In this document: positions 9,642 to 20,196 of the stretch, piece by piece | Numbering within the stretch: the first letter of the stretch is position 1 | Layout of the letters: the number at the start of each line of letters is the position of its first letter | From: Vicinamibacterales bacterium | GTDB lineage: Bacteria; Acidobacteriota; Vicinamibacteria; Vicinamibacterales; UBA2999 | Direction: 5' to 3' | DNA length: 64,000 bases | Assembly: GCA_050247355.1 (NCBI GenBank) | Contig: JBFWUK010000007.1 | Location: 71,100 to 135,099 of the forward strand | Notes under the pieces: generated by a model | Told to the model about the DNA's origin: nothing | Seen by the model: only the letters and a program-made list of their open reading frames with translations | Databases searched by the model: none | Made by a program: the position numbers and the translations under genes

Positions 9642-11273
9642 TTAGTCGGCGGCGATCGAATAGACCCGGCCGCTCGGGTCCTCGTGCACGAGGCGCAACT
9701 CCGGGAACTGCGCCAGTCGCGGTTCGACGATGGCCCACTCCTCTGGTGAATACAGCTCGCGGTGGACGACGACGTAGGTGACGCCGATCTCCCGCAGTTT
9801 CGCAATACTGGTCTCGTCAGGGAACCGCCGCATCTCCAGGTACAACTGATCGTGGAACGGCGCGCGGAAGCCGCTGTAGCCGTGCACCGTCTTCTGCCAG
9901 TGCAGCATCGAATGCAGCATGGTCATGGTCTGGAAGCGCTCGAACTGCCCTGAGTTGCGCGGATTCGGCAGCGGCACCTCGGCAACCACGAACGGCGCCG
10001 GCTGGGTCGCCAGCCAGCGATCCACCGCCGGGGCCGGCACGGAGTAGTCCACGCCCTGGAAGGGATAGGCGGAGAACTCGCCCAGCAGCATCACACCGAC
10101 GATCACACCGGCCGCTCGCTGCGACAGCGTCGTCAGGCGGCCGACGAGGCGCTCGAAACCGGCGCCCGCCAGCACCGCGAGACAGAGCATGGTGAGGATC
10201 ATGAAGCGCGACGGTGCGCGAATGAAGTTCATGCCCGGCCACGAATAGACCCAGGGCCAGAGGCTGAGCGGGCCGTCGATGAACAGCAGCACGCTAACCA
10301 CGGCGACAGTTCCGAAGTAGATCACGTGGCGCTGACGTTCCCGCCCGCCGCCGGGTAGAAACGCCAGCAGCGCCAGCAGCACCGGCAGAACGCCAGGGAA
10401 CAGGTAGGCATCGGCCAACTCGTGGAACTTGACCTCAGACAGCAGCGAGAGCATCCACTGGTGGACGTGCGAGGGCGACGCCAGGTAACTTTCGGGCGTG
10501 ACCGTCCAGTTCTCGAGCGATCGCCGGAGGCCCATCTCCTGCTGCACCCGGCGGTATGGCAGCACCATCAGGCCGACCGGAATCATCAGCAAGCCGCCCG
10601 TGACGCCGACGTCCCGCACCCGCTTCAGCAGCGCCAGCGGCTCGCCGAGCAGCAGCCGGTAGAGGGCCATCGCCAGGCCCGCTACGCCGAGGAAGATGGC
10701 GCCATGACCGCCGCACAGGACCTGCAGCACGCCGAAGGCAATCGCGATCCGGAGGTCGCGGGCGCGGCCGGTGTCGAAGTACGTGTGCAGGTAAGCGAGA
10801 GCGAACGGAATCCACTGCATGGCCACCAGGTGGATTTGGCTCATGCGGAAGAAGCGCGCCGGCGCGAACGCGAAGACCAGGCCGGCCACCACGCCGCCGA
10901 TTGGGCCGATCCCGACCCGCCGGGCCAGCAGGTAAGCCCCCAGCCCCGACAGCAGGCATGACGTCATGGCCACCAGATTCATGGCCAGCACCCCATCCCC
11001 GGTCGCCCAGATGATCGGGGCCGCAATCAGCGCGCTGCCAATCAGGTTCTCTGAATACGCCAGCGTGTTGGGCAGCGGGTAATAGATGTTGGCGTCGAAG
11101 ATGGCGAACGGGTTAGTGATGAAGGCGTGCGCGTCCCAGGCCAACGTCCAGATGAACAAGTGTGTGTCTGGCGCGTCGAGGAGCACGCGCGAAGCCGGGT
11201 GCAGCGACCATGGCGCCGCCATTGCCACCGTGAGCGCCGCAAACAGCAGCGTGAGCAGGACGGCGCGCTTCAC
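9642..11273 (-). CDS. Polytopic membrane protein, GT-C-like (ArnT/PMT-type glycosyltransferase fold suspected)
   Basis: 543 aa counted from the GTG that overlaps the dacB stop (GTGA). It has more than 10 hydrophobic segments followed by a soluble C-terminal domain. It is the last gene of the envelope operon. No diagnostic motif was recognised. Confidence 0.55.
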   Translation of the reverse strand: MKRAVLLTLLFAALTVAMAAPWSLHPASRVLLDAPDTHLFIWTLAWDAHAFITNPFAIFDANIYYPLPNTLAYSENLIGSALIAAPIIWATGDGVLAMNLVAMTSCLLSGLGAYLLARRVGIGPIGGVVAGLVFAFAPARFFRMSQIHLVAMQWIPFALAYLHTYFDTGRARDLRIAIAFGVLQVLCGGHGAIFLGVAGLAMALYRLLLGEPLALLKRVRDVGVTGGLLMIPVGLMVLPYRRVQQEMGLRRSLENWTVTPESYLASPSHVHQWMLSLLSEVKFHELADAYLFPGVLPVLLALLAFLPGGGRERQRHVIYFGTVAVVSVLLFIDGPLSLWPWVYSWPGMNFIRAPSRFMILTMLCLAVLAGAGFERLVGRLTTLSQRAAGVIVGVMLLGEFSAYPFQGVDYSVPAPAVDRWLATQPAPFVVAEVPLPNPRNSGQFERFQTMTMLHSMLHWQKTVHGYSGFRAPFHDQLYLEMRRFPDETSIAKLREIGVTYVVVHRELYSPEEWAIVEPRLAQFPELRLVHEDPSGRVYSIAAD

Positions 11274-12811
11274 GGCAGGAAGCTGGGGTGCTTGAACTCC
11301 ACGAGCTTGAGCAGCGCCCGGTCGATGGCGGCGTCGATCTCGCGCGCCGGCACGCGGAAGCCGTTGACCATGAAGGCGAATACCAGGGGCTCGCCCTCGG
11401 TAGTGACGATGTAACCGGCCAGGGAGCGGACCTGGGACATCGAACCGGTCTTGGCCCACACCCGGGCGGAACCCGGCGTGCCGACCAGGCGTTGGGCCAG
11501 GCTGCCGCTGACCCCGGCCACCGGCAACGAGGAGCGGAAAATCTCGGACAGCGCCGGGTTGAGCCAGGCGTACGTCAGGACGCTAATCAACGCATCCGGC
11601 GTGAGGTAGTCATAGCGCGACAGTCCCGAACCATCCCTGGCCAGGTAATAGTCGGTCGAGATGCCCCATGCGCGCAGCGTGTCGGTCAGCACCTTCAGGC
11701 CACCCTCGCTCGTCGCCGGTGCGCCCGCCGGCGACAGCGACCGGAGCAGCGTCTCGGCGTAGAGGTTGCGGCTCCACTTGTTGGTCACGTCGATGATTTC
11801 GAACAACGACGCCGATCGATCCTCCAGCAGCAGCGTGGCCTTCGACATGTCCGGCGGAAAGGGCAAGGCGTCGATGTCGGCCGGTTCGCCGCCGGTGACA
11901 ATGCCGTGGCGGAGCAGCGCCTCGCGCAGCGCGTTCACGTAGAACACGGTGGGATTGGGCACCGCGGCGGTTTCTCGCAGCGGCGCCGCCCCCAGTGCGA
12001 CCTGCCCACGCAGCTTCAGCACCGCCGTTCCGGGTTCGCGCTCGAGCGAGACACGGCTGATCTCGCCTGGGCCCGCCGTGACGACGTCGCGATCCAGGAT
12101 CAGCCCGCTGCCGGGCGGCGACACGGTGATGATGGCGAGGCTGCCGGGTTCCATGCCCGGGCCGATCGTCAGCTCCACCTGGTTCTCGTTGTATTGCAGC
12201 GCGCCGACCGGGGCGCCGTAGCCGAAGGCGAAATCGTCCCAGGCCCAGCCCAGGCCCCACCCGGGCTCGGCAAACGCATTGTCGTCGCCAATCAGCCGGC
12301 CATTGACCGCCTTCAGGCCGGCCGCGGCGAGTTGTCGTGCCCACTCGTCGAAGGCTCCCCACCGCAACTGGTGGCGGGGATTGATCGACGGGTCGCCGTT
12401 CGAGGCGACGATCAAGTCGCCCTCGAGGTGTCCGTCGGCGATCGGGCCGGTGGCGAACAGCTGCGTCTTGTAGCGATAGTCCCAGCCGAGCCGCTCGGCC
12501 GCCACCGCCGTGGTCAGCAGCTTCTGGTTCGAGGCCGGCACCTGCAGGCGGAACGAGTTGACGCTGTAGAGCGTCTCGCCACGCTTCAGTGAGTGCACCG
12601 CCACCGACCACAGGCCGTGATCGACGGTTCTTTCGGTGAAGATGGCCCGCAGGTCGCGCCGCAGCTGCTCGTGGTGATCGGGTTTACTGATGAGCTCGCT
12701 GAGGGTCGGCGGCTCTGGCGGCTCAGGCTTGCGAACCAGAGCGCAGGCGGGCAGGAGCAGGAGCACGGTTGCCGCCACCGCCGCGGCTGCAAACGTGCTC
12801 CGTTCCCTCAC
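11270..12811 (-). CDS. dacB: D-alanyl-D-alanine carboxypeptidase/endopeptidase, PBP4 (S13 family)
   Basis: Carries ASNQK (SxxK), SNG (SxN) and KTGS (KTG) in the order expected for PBP4. The N-terminus is lipoprotein-like (LLLLPACA). The GTG start overlaps the upstream stop (GTGA). The longer ORF-track start is Arg/Gly-rich and not credible. Confidence 0.85.
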   Translation of the reverse strand: MRERSTFAAAAVAATVLLLLPACALVRKPEPPEPPTLSELISKPDHHEQLRRDLRAIFTERTVDHGLWSVAVHSLKRGETLYSVNSFRLQVPASNQKLLTTAVAAERLGWDYRYKTQLFATGPIADGHLEGDLIVASNGDPSINPRHQLRWGAFDEWARQLAAAGLKAVNGRLIGDDNAFAEPGWGLGWAWDDFAFGYGAPVGALQYNENQVELTIGPGMEPGSLAIITVSPPGSGLILDRDVVTAGPGEISRVSLEREPGTAVLKLRGQVALGAAPLRETAAVPNPTVFYVNALREALLRHGIVTGGEPADIDALPFPPDMSKATLLLEDRSASLFEIIDVTNKWSRNLYAETLLRSLSPAGAPATSEGGLKVLTDTLRAWGISTDYYLARDGSGLSRYDYLTPDALISVLTYAWLNPALSEIFRSSLPVAGVSGSLAQRLVGTPGSARVWAKTGSMSQVRSLAGYIVTTEGEPLVFAFMVNGFRVPAREIDAAIDRALLKLVEFKHPSFLP

Positions 12812-14202
12812 TTCTTGTCGGCCCCTTCGGCGGCGGCCGGTGCCGGCGCCGGTGGCATGACTACCACGTCGAACGCCTGCATGGCCGCTTCCATCGACGC
12901 CTGGTCGATCTTCGCGACCACGGCTTCGCCGTCGCGCGAGCCGAACGCGGTGTCGCCGACCTGGCCAAACCGCACCCGCTCGAACTTGCCATCGTCGTAG
13001 CTGGCGCTCACGACCAGGGCGGGCTTGTCGAGGCCGGTCCTGGTCCGCGCAGCGACGAACGATTCGGCCTTGAGCGCCACCAGCTTGCTCAACAGGTCGG
13101 ACATGGCCACGGCGTCGGCGGTGTGCGAGGCACCGCCCACCCGCGTCACCTTCCACGACTCGCCGTCACCCGGCTTCTCGGGTGTCACCTTCTCGAACTC
13201 GTAGGTCTTGACGCCGCCGGGCGTGTCGAGCACCGCCCGCAGCCTGTCGACGTAGAAGGCACGCAGCTCGAACAGTTCCTTCTTGCGATAGTCGTCGAAC
13301 GGCTTGAGCAGGTCGGCCTGCAGCGTGGTGTCGACGGTGAACACCAGCGGCCGCGAGGCATCGCGCGCGTAGGTCTGTTCGTTCTCGGTCTTGCCGACCT
13401 CGAGCACGGTCTTGGCGCTGCCGGCGCCGACGGTAATGGTCATGACCGGCTGGTCGAGCCCGTACTTCGCCAGGTCGTTGCCCTCGCTCTCGAGCAGCTT
13501 CGACATGTTCGAGGTCGACAACCGCGTGAGCAGGCCTTCGACGGCGCTGTAATCGCTGCGCGACGCCACCGGCGCGGTGACCTGCCACTCGCTGCCGTTG
13601 CGCGTCAGCGTCATGGTGTTGCCGCCGCGGACGAGCGTAACGGCGTCGGCCTTCTCGCGATCGAACTTCAGGATCTTCTTGTCGCGCAGGTCGAACGGCG
13701 TGCGGTTGAAGTTGGTTTCCTGGAACGACGAGACCAGGAACACCGCCTTCTCACCGTTCTTCTGCGCGTAGATTTCGCCCTGCGTCGGGTTCTTTCGTCC
13801 CAGCTTCAGCGAACCGCTGACACCGGTGCCCTTGAACTCGACCACGATCGGCGGTTCGGCCAGGCCGAAGGGCGCCAGGTCGCCCGGGTTTTCGTCGAGC
13901 ACGCGGACCAGTTCGAGGTTGACCAGTGCCTGCGCCAGGCTGACCGCCTCGGCCGGATCGGCCTCGGTCTGCACCGGCTCGATCATCGTCCAGCCGCTGT
14001 CGGACTTGCGCAGCAGGCTCGTTTCGCCGTTGTAGGTCAGCTTGACCTCGTTGATGGCGTCGGCCTCCAGCGAGTAGACCTTCTCCTTGGCCGGGCCGCC
14101 GTCAATGCCCGGCTCGGGACGCTTCGAGTCGACGAAGTAGATGTAGCCGCCGAGCCCCGCCAGCACGACGACCAGGACCAGTGTGGATGTCAGGCCGCGC
14201 AT
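12808..14202 (-). CDS. DUF4340-like protein (accessory component of GldG-type ABC systems)
   Basis: 464 aa with an N-terminal TM anchor (LVLVVVLAGLGGYIYF) and a repetitive beta-rich body. It sits directly downstream of the GldG-like gene, which is the usual position for DUF4340 proteins. Confidence 0.65.
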   Translation of the reverse strand: MRGLTSTLVLVVVLAGLGGYIYFVDSKRPEPGIDGGPAKEKVYSLEADAINEVKLTYNGETSLLRKSDSGWTMIEPVQTEADPAEAVSLAQALVNLELVRVLDENPGDLAPFGLAEPPIVVEFKGTGVSGSLKLGRKNPTQGEIYAQKNGEKAVFLVSSFQETNFNRTPFDLRDKKILKFDREKADAVTLVRGGNTMTLTRNGSEWQVTAPVASRSDYSAVEGLLTRLSTSNMSKLLESEGNDLAKYGLDQPVMTITVGAGSAKTVLEVGKTENEQTYARDASRPLVFTVDTTLQADLLKPFDDYRKKELFELRAFYVDRLRAVLDTPGGVKTYEFEKVTPEKPGDGESWKVTRVGGASHTADAVAMSDLLSKLVALKAESFVAARTRTGLDKPALVVSASYDDGKFERVRFGQVGDTAFGSRDGEAVVAKIDQASMEAAMQAFDVVVMPPAPAPAAAEGADKK

Positions 14203-14209
14203 GGCCGGG

Positions 14210-15808
14210 TTACCTCCTCCGCCACCAGGTGTAAATTCCCGACGCGAAGACGATGCCGGGGATGATCAACAGGCTGAGCAGCATGATCCGCTGCTGCTGG
14301 TCGGCGGTCAGGGTAAGCCGCCGGTCTTCGGGCTCGCGGGCGCGAATGCCGATCAGGTCTTCGCGCTGGCCGAGCCAGTTCACGACGTTGACGAACAGGT
14401 CGCTGTTGCCGGGAATGCCGACGGCGAAGTTGGCCGCAAAGTCGGAGTCGCCGATGGCGGCAACGCGCGATTCGGGTTTCGGCGCGTCGGCCGGTGCCGC
14501 GCCGGCGTCGCCGGCCGGCGGGGCCGCGGCCTCGGCCGCGGGTGCCGAGGCGACGGCGCCGAGCGTGACCGGTCCCTGCTGGTCGCCCTGGTCGGCGTTG
14601 AGCGCGACCTGGCCTGACGACAACGACGACAGGCTCGTTTCCGCCCAGCTCTGCGGGCTGGTGCTGATGAACGGTTGTGCGACGCGGTTGTTGGCACCAC
14701 CCTCGATCGGCGTCATCGAACGCGCCATCGGGTATCCGGTCATCACCCGACCGAACCCGGTCGTGATGGCGTGCGCCGGGTAATCGACCACCACCGGCAG
14801 CGACGCGTCGTTGGTGCCGAGCACCTGGCCGAGGCCACTGGCGTCGATCACGAGATCGTTGCCCGCCCGGATGCCCCAGTCGGCGAGGAACTGCGTCAGC
14901 AGGGGTTGGGCCGGCGCGCCGGGCGTGGTCACCGGATCGAGCAGTACCAGCACTTTGCCGCCGCGCGCGACGTAGGCGTTCAGGGCGTCCATTTCGGGCT
15001 GAAAGAAGTCGGTGCTCGGGCCGGCAATCACCACTACGGCGGCATCGTCGGGCACGCTCTTCTGGGTGAGCAGGACCAGCGACTCGACCGTAAAGTTGTC
15101 GCGGGTGAGCGCCGCGCTCACCGTGCTGTAACCGGTGCGATCGGTCACGGCGGTGTCCTTTTCGCCGTGGCCCTGCGTGAAGTAGACCTTCCGCACCTGG
15201 CCGGTGGTCGCCTTGATCAAGCCATTGACCAGCGCCAGTTCCTCGCTGCTGGTCACTTTTTCGGTGCGGCCCTGGTACTCGATCAGGATGGTCGGCAGCT
15301 GGTCGATCTTGGCGGCGTCGGCGCGCAGCGGATCGCGGTCGGCATCGACGTACTCGGTGCTGACCTGGCTCGAGTGGTAGGCGAAGTTGTCGAGCCGGCT
15401 GCGGTGCATGGCGACGCGGTCGGCGCGTTCGAAGACCACGAACTTCACCGGCTGCTTCAGCTCGCTCAGGATCTTGATGGTCTGATCCGACAGGCTGTAG
15501 ACCTGGTTGGCGGTGAAGTCCCAGCGCTTGCTCTGCCGGGTCGCCAGGTAGTTGACGGCAATCAGGATGCCCAGGAAGACGACAATGCTGACGAGCGACA
15601 TGGTGCCGTAGCGGGCGCCGCGTCCCTTGTAGAAGTTGGCGACGTCGCGCCATTGGCCCGCCATGTAAAGCAGGACCGACGCGAGGCCGGCCCACGCCAG
15701 GTAGGTGGCGTACTGGTTCCACTCGGGCCGGAACATGCGCAGCGCCACCGCGCCGAACACGAGCACCGTGCCAATCCAGCCGATGATGCCGAAGATCTTG
15801 TTCGCCAT
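14210..15808 (-). CDS. GldG-like ABC transporter auxiliary protein
   Basis: 532 aa with N- and C-terminal TM segments flanking a large periplasmic domain. Its position after an ABC-2 permease and ATPase matches the GldA/GldF/GldG arrangement. Confidence 0.75.
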   Translation of the reverse strand: MANKIFGIIGWIGTVLVFGAVALRMFRPEWNQYATYLAWAGLASVLLYMAGQWRDVANFYKGRGARYGTMSLVSIVVFLGILIAVNYLATRQSKRWDFTANQVYSLSDQTIKILSELKQPVKFVVFERADRVAMHRSRLDNFAYHSSQVSTEYVDADRDPLRADAAKIDQLPTILIEYQGRTEKVTSSEELALVNGLIKATTGQVRKVYFTQGHGEKDTAVTDRTGYSTVSAALTRDNFTVESLVLLTQKSVPDDAAVVVIAGPSTDFFQPEMDALNAYVARGGKVLVLLDPVTTPGAPAQPLLTQFLADWGIRAGNDLVIDASGLGQVLGTNDASLPVVVDYPAHAITTGFGRVMTGYPMARSMTPIEGGANNRVAQPFISTSPQSWAETSLSSLSSGQVALNADQGDQQGPVTLGAVASAPAAEAAAPPAGDAGAAPADAPKPESRVAAIGDSDFAANFAVGIPGNSDLFVNVVNWLGQREDLIGIRAREPEDRRLTLTADQQQRIMLLSLLIIPGIVFASGIYTWWRRR

Positions 15809-15811
15809 GGT

Positions 15812-16576
15812 TTAGCCCCGCCACCTTTCGCTGTCGACCGACTTCATGGTGAGGAACAGGCCGAACGCGATGAAGCTCAGGTAGTAGACAACGTGCTTGG
15901 TGTCGATGATGCCCCTCGAGAAATCGTCGAAGTGCTCGGTGATCGACAGGTGCTGCATGATCGCCTGGCCGGTCGGGCCGACCGCGGCGCCCAGCCAGTT
16001 GATGATCCAGAGCAGCAGGAACACCGCGAAGGTGGCCATCGCGGCCACGATCTGGTTCTTGGTGAGGCTCGAGATGAACAGGCCCAGCGACAGGAAGCAG
16101 CCGCCCATCAGCAGCAGGCCGAGGTAGCCGGTGGCAATCGGCTTCCACTCGGGATTGCCGAACGCGAACAGCACCGCCATGTGAATCAGCGTCACGCTGA
16201 GCATGGCCCCATACAGCAGCATCGCGCCGAGGAACTTGCCGAGAATGATTTCGAGGTCGGTCAGCGGCGAGGTGAGCAGCAGCTCGATGGTGCCCGAGCG
16301 CTTCTCTTCGGAGTAGGTCCGCATGGTGATCAGCGGGAAGACCAGCAGCATGACCACCGTGGTGTTCATGAAGGTCGGGCCGATCAGCATCTGGTTGATG
16401 TTCATCGACTGCCCGGGGTTCATGCCGGCCTGCATGCTCTGCTGCTCGAAGAAGAACAGCGCGGCGTAGAAGAAGTAGCCGAACAGCAGCGCGAAGAAGC
16501 CGACCAGCACGTAGCCGATCGGCGAGGAGAAGTAGGCGTTCAGCTCGCGCTGGGCGATCGCGGTGATGTTACGCAC
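15812..16576 (-). CDS. ABC-2 type transporter permease (GldF-like)
   Basis: 254 aa with six hydrophobic segments. It overlaps the ATPase gene by 8 nt. Confidence 0.8.
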   Translation of the reverse strand: MRNITAIAQRELNAYFSSPIGYVLVGFFALLFGYFFYAALFFFEQQSMQAGMNPGQSMNINQMLIGPTFMNTTVVMLLVFPLITMRTYSEEKRSGTIELLLTSPLTDLEIILGKFLGAMLLYGAMLSVTLIHMAVLFAFGNPEWKPIATGYLGLLLMGGCFLSLGLFISSLTKNQIVAAMATFAVFLLLWIINWLGAAVGPTGQAIMQHLSITEHFDDFSRGIIDTKHVVYYLSFIAFGLFLTMKSVDSERWRG

Positions 16577-17570
16577 CGGCCACCTCCTCGCCTTCGCTGC
16601 CGGTGCGGGTCGAGGCCGCTTCGGCGGAGTCCGCGGTTGCGGATTCTTCCGTAGTCAGGCTGAGGAAGATGTCCTCGAGGCTGACGCGCACCGGGCGCAG
16701 CTCGAGCAGGCCCCAGCCGCCGCGCACGATGGTGGTGGCCAGCTCGCGGCGGACGTCGGCGCCCTGGTCGGTGTCGATCTCGAAGACCCCGGTGTCGTCC
16801 TTGTGGTCGGCGACGTGGACGCGCGCCACGCCGGCAATGCCCTGCAGCGCCCGCTGCATGTCGTCAATCGGACCCTGCGCCTGCAGGTACATCGTGACCG
16901 CGCCGCGCAGCCGCTCGGTCAGCGCATCGGGCGTGTCGATGGCCACCACCTTGCCCTTGTTGATGATCACGACCTTCTGGCAGGTCTGCGACACCTCGGG
17001 CAGGATGTGGGTGCTGAGCACGATGGTGTGATTGCCGGCGAGCTCGCGAATCAGCTGCCGCGTCTCGATGATTTGCTTGGGGTCGAGGCCCGCGGTTGGT
17101 TCGTCGAGGACCAGCACTTCAGGGTTGTGGATGAGCGCCTGGGCCAGGCCGACGCGCTGCTTGTAGCCCTTCGAGAGCTTGGCGCAGTGGCGGTTGGCCA
17201 TGTCGGCCACCCAGGTCCGCTTCATCACTTCGTCGACGCGGCCCTTGATGTCCTTGCGCACGCCCTTGATCTTGGCGACGAAGGTCAGGTACTCGCGGAC
17301 CGTCATGTCCGGATAGAGGGGCGGAGTCTCGGGCAGGTAGCCCGTCTTCCGCTTCGCCTCGATCGGCTGCGCGAACACATCATGACCGGCGACCGTGGCC
17401 GTGCCTTCACTGGCCGGCATGTAGCCGGTGATGATGCGCATGGTGGTGGTCTTGCCCGCGCCGTTTGGTCCGAGGAATCCGAGAATCTCTCCCGACTCCG
17501 CGCGGAAACTCACGTCGTCCACGGCCGTGAACGGACCGTAGCGTTTCGACAGATGCTGAACCTCGATCAC
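16569..17570 (-). CDS. ABC transporter ATP-binding protein (GldA-like)
   Basis: Walker A GPNGAGKTT, signature LSKGYKQR and Walker B LVLDEPTAGLD. The GTG start at 17570 has a GGAGA Shine-Dalgarno 7 nt upstream. Confidence 0.9.
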   Translation of the reverse strand: MIEVQHLSKRYGPFTAVDDVSFRAESGEILGFLGPNGAGKTTTMRIITGYMPASEGTATVAGHDVFAQPIEAKRKTGYLPETPPLYPDMTVREYLTFVAKIKGVRKDIKGRVDEVMKRTWVADMANRHCAKLSKGYKQRVGLAQALIHNPEVLVLDEPTAGLDPKQIIETRQLIRELAGNHTIVLSTHILPEVSQTCQKVVIINKGKVVAIDTPDALTERLRGAVTMYLQAQGPIDDMQRALQGIAGVARVHVADHKDDTGVFEIDTDQGADVRRELATTIVRGGWGLLELRPVRVSLEDIFLSLTTEESATADSAEAASTRTGSEGEEVAGA

Positions 17571-17702
17571 GAGAGGTCTCCGATGGTTGAAAACAGTGTA
17601 AGCTCTAGACCGGCCGCGAATTAGGCGCGTCCAGCCCCCCATCCTATTCGAACCGCCCGAGCGCGGCAAGCCGCGTCAGCCGGGTTATCGCATGAGAACC
17701 AC

Positions 17703-20195
17703 GTGAAGCGAATACTGCTCGCTACGGTCGTTCTTTTACTGCTCACGGGCACCGCCGGCTGGTGGTGGGCGCGCGGCTCCCTGCCCGCTTTGGACGGCCA
17801 ACTCCCCCTGGCCGGTCTGCGCGCCCCGGTCGAGGTGCTCATCGACCAGCACGGTGTGCCCACCGCGTATGCCCGCGATGCCGACGATGCGTGGTTCGCG
17901 GCGGGCGCGTTGCATGCCCGCGACCGGCTCTGGCAGATGGAGCTGTATCGCCGGGTCACCCTGGGGCGGCTGTCGGAGGTCATGGGGGAGTCCACCTTGG
18001 CCATCGATCAGCGGTTCTTGACCCTGGGCTTGAGGCGGGCTGCGGCCGAGGAATGGGCGCGGGCGACCCCCGCGGTACGGGATGCGCTCGAACGGTACGC
18101 GGCGGGAGTGAACGCCGTGGTGTCTACGCTCAGCGGCCGCCGCCGTCCCATCGAGTTCCAGCTGCTGGGAATCTCACCGGCGCCGTGGACACCGGAGGAT
18201 TCGTTGGCCGTCGGCCGATTGTTGGCGTGGAGGTTGGCCGAGAACCACCAGGCGGAGCTCGTCCGAGGCGCCGTTGCCGCGAAGCTGGGCGAGACCGCGG
18301 CGAGGGAATTGGCCGGCCGGTATCCAGCGGAAGGTCCCTCGATTTTGGGTGGCGCACTTCCCCAGGAGGCGGCGCTCGCGCCGCCGACCCCCACGCTGCC
18401 CGAAGGACCGCGCCCCACGAGCCGCGGAGCGGCGAGCCCTACCGAGGCCCGCAGGGCCGAGGCCTCCTGGCCGCCAGGCCTTGAATGGCTGCGTCCTGGC
18501 GTCAAACGCGGCAACAGCAACAGCTGGGTTGTCACCGGGCGGAAAACCGCGAGCGGCCGGCCGATTCTCGCCAACGACCCGCACTTGCCGATCGAGTTTC
18601 CAGCGGTCTGGTACGAGATGCACCTCGTTGCCGCCGGCCTCGACGTCACCGGGGTCACCGTCCCCGGCGTGCCGTTCGTGGTGCTGGGGCACAATGCGCG
18701 GGTCGGCTGGGGCATCACCAACACCAACGCTGACGTGCAGGACCTGGTCCTCGAGCGGATTGACGTCGGCCGCAAGCGCGCGTGGCATCGCGGCGAATGG
18801 GTCCCCATCGAGGTGACGCCGGCCGACATTCCCATCCGCGGTCATGACCAGCCGTACCCGTTTGAAGTCTGGACGACGGCCAATGGGCCGGTGTTTGCCG
18901 AGGCCGGCCTCGATTGGGACGCCCCGCCGTCGTGGTTGTCGCCCGCAGGCCGCGCCGCGGACGAGCGCACCGCTTATTCGATCCGCTGGAGCGCGGGCAG
19001 CGATCTGGCTGCGTCGTTCGAGGCCTTCAATCGCGCCGCCGACTGGGCGTCGTTTGTCGCCGCGGTCGAACTGTTTGCCGCGCCCTCGTCGAACCTCGTC
19101 TATGCCGACGTTGACGGCAACATCGGCTATGCCATGTCGGGTCGGTTGCCGTTGCGCGAGAGTGGCGACGGCAGCATGCCACTCGACGGAACGGGGAGTG
19201 GCGGCCGCTGGATCGGCACGGTGGCGCCCTCGACACTGCCGCGGGCGCTCAACCCGTCTGCCGGGTTCATCTCCTCGGCCAACAACGACGTCGACCGCCG
19301 GTTCCCCGGCCTGATCACCCGCGATTGGGCGGCGCCGTTTCGCGCCACGCGGCTGCAGCAGGTGCTGTCGCAGCCCGGGAGCGTCGAGCTGGACGGCATG
19401 CTGGCGCTGCAGAACGATCGACGGAGCCTGGCCGCCGACGCCGTGCTCGCCGGGATCGAGGGCGCACTCGCGACCGGCCGTGCCAACGCGACCGACGGGT
19501 CGGCCGTCGCCGTGTTGGAGCGGCTGGCCACATGGGACCGCGTCGTCGATGCGCGGCCCGTGGTGTCGTTGTACCAGGCATTTGAAGACGCCATGTGGCG
19601 GCGGACATTCATCGACGAGATGGACGAGCCCTTGTTCGACGCGTTTTACGAATGGGCCGGCGCCGAGCGGTTTGCCGGCCTCCACGTCGTGCTGGAGAAT
19701 CGGCAGTCGGCCTGGTTCGACGACATCACGACCGTCGACCGTCGTGAATCGCGCGACGAGATCATGCTGTTGGCGGCGCGAGACGCGGATGAGCGGCTGC
19801 AGGCCGATTACGGCGGCGACAGCCGGCGCGCATGGGACCAGATCCACGCCGCCCGCTTTGACCATCCGCTCGGCGCCGCGGCGTTTCCGCTGGCGTGGTT
19901 CTTCAACCGCGGCCCGTCGCCGATCGCCGGTGACGGCACAACGGTGATGCGCGTGAGCTGGAACCGCCGGGCACCGTTCGCGGCGTGGGAGTACCCGTCG
20001 TGGCGCCAGCTCCTGCACGCCGGCCAATGGGACGATTCGCGCGTGTCGATGCCGTCGGGCCAGTCAGGCCATCCGTTGAGCCCGCACTATTTCGACCAGA
20101 ACGAGACGTGGCGGTCGGGCGGCTACCGCCTGCAGCCGTTCTCGCGGGCTGCCGTGCAAGCTGCCTCCCGCCACCGCCTTTTGCTGGTGCCCTAA
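17703..20195 (+). CDS. Penicillin acylase family Ntn-hydrolase (possible acyl-homoserine-lactone acylase)
   Basis: 830 aa with a signal peptide. The GNSNSWVV motif marks the autoproteolytic site and the beta-subunit N-terminal Ser nucleophile. Confidence 0.85.
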   Translation: MKRILLATVVLLLLTGTAGWWWARGSLPALDGQLPLAGLRAPVEVLIDQHGVPTAYARDADDAWFAAGALHARDRLWQMELYRRVTLGRLSEVMGESTLAIDQRFLTLGLRRAAAEEWARATPAVRDALERYAAGVNAVVSTLSGRRRPIEFQLLGISPAPWTPEDSLAVGRLLAWRLAENHQAELVRGAVAAKLGETAARELAGRYPAEGPSILGGALPQEAALAPPTPTLPEGPRPTSRGAASPTEARRAEASWPPGLEWLRPGVKRGNSNSWVVTGRKTASGRPILANDPHLPIEFPAVWYEMHLVAAGLDVTGVTVPGVPFVVLGHNARVGWGITNTNADVQDLVLERIDVGRKRAWHRGEWVPIEVTPADIPIRGHDQPYPFEVWTTANGPVFAEAGLDWDAPPSWLSPAGRAADERTAYSIRWSAGSDLAASFEAFNRAADWASFVAAVELFAAPSSNLVYADVDGNIGYAMSGRLPLRESGDGSMPLDGTGSGGRWIGTVAPSTLPRALNPSAGFISSANNDVDRRFPGLITRDWAAPFRATRLQQVLSQPGSVELDGMLALQNDRRSLAADAVLAGIEGALATGRANATDGSAVAVLERLATWDRVVDARPVVSLYQAFEDAMWRRTFIDEMDEPLFDAFYEWAGAERFAGLHVVLENRQSAWFDDITTVDRRESRDEIMLLAARDADERLQADYGGDSRRAWDQIHAARFDHPLGAAAFPLAWFFNRGPSPIAGDGTTVMRVSWNRRAPFAAWEYPSWRQLLHAGQWDDSRVSMPSGQSGHPLSPHYFDQNETWRSGGYRLQPFSRAAVQAASRHRLLLVP

Positions 20196-20196
20196 T

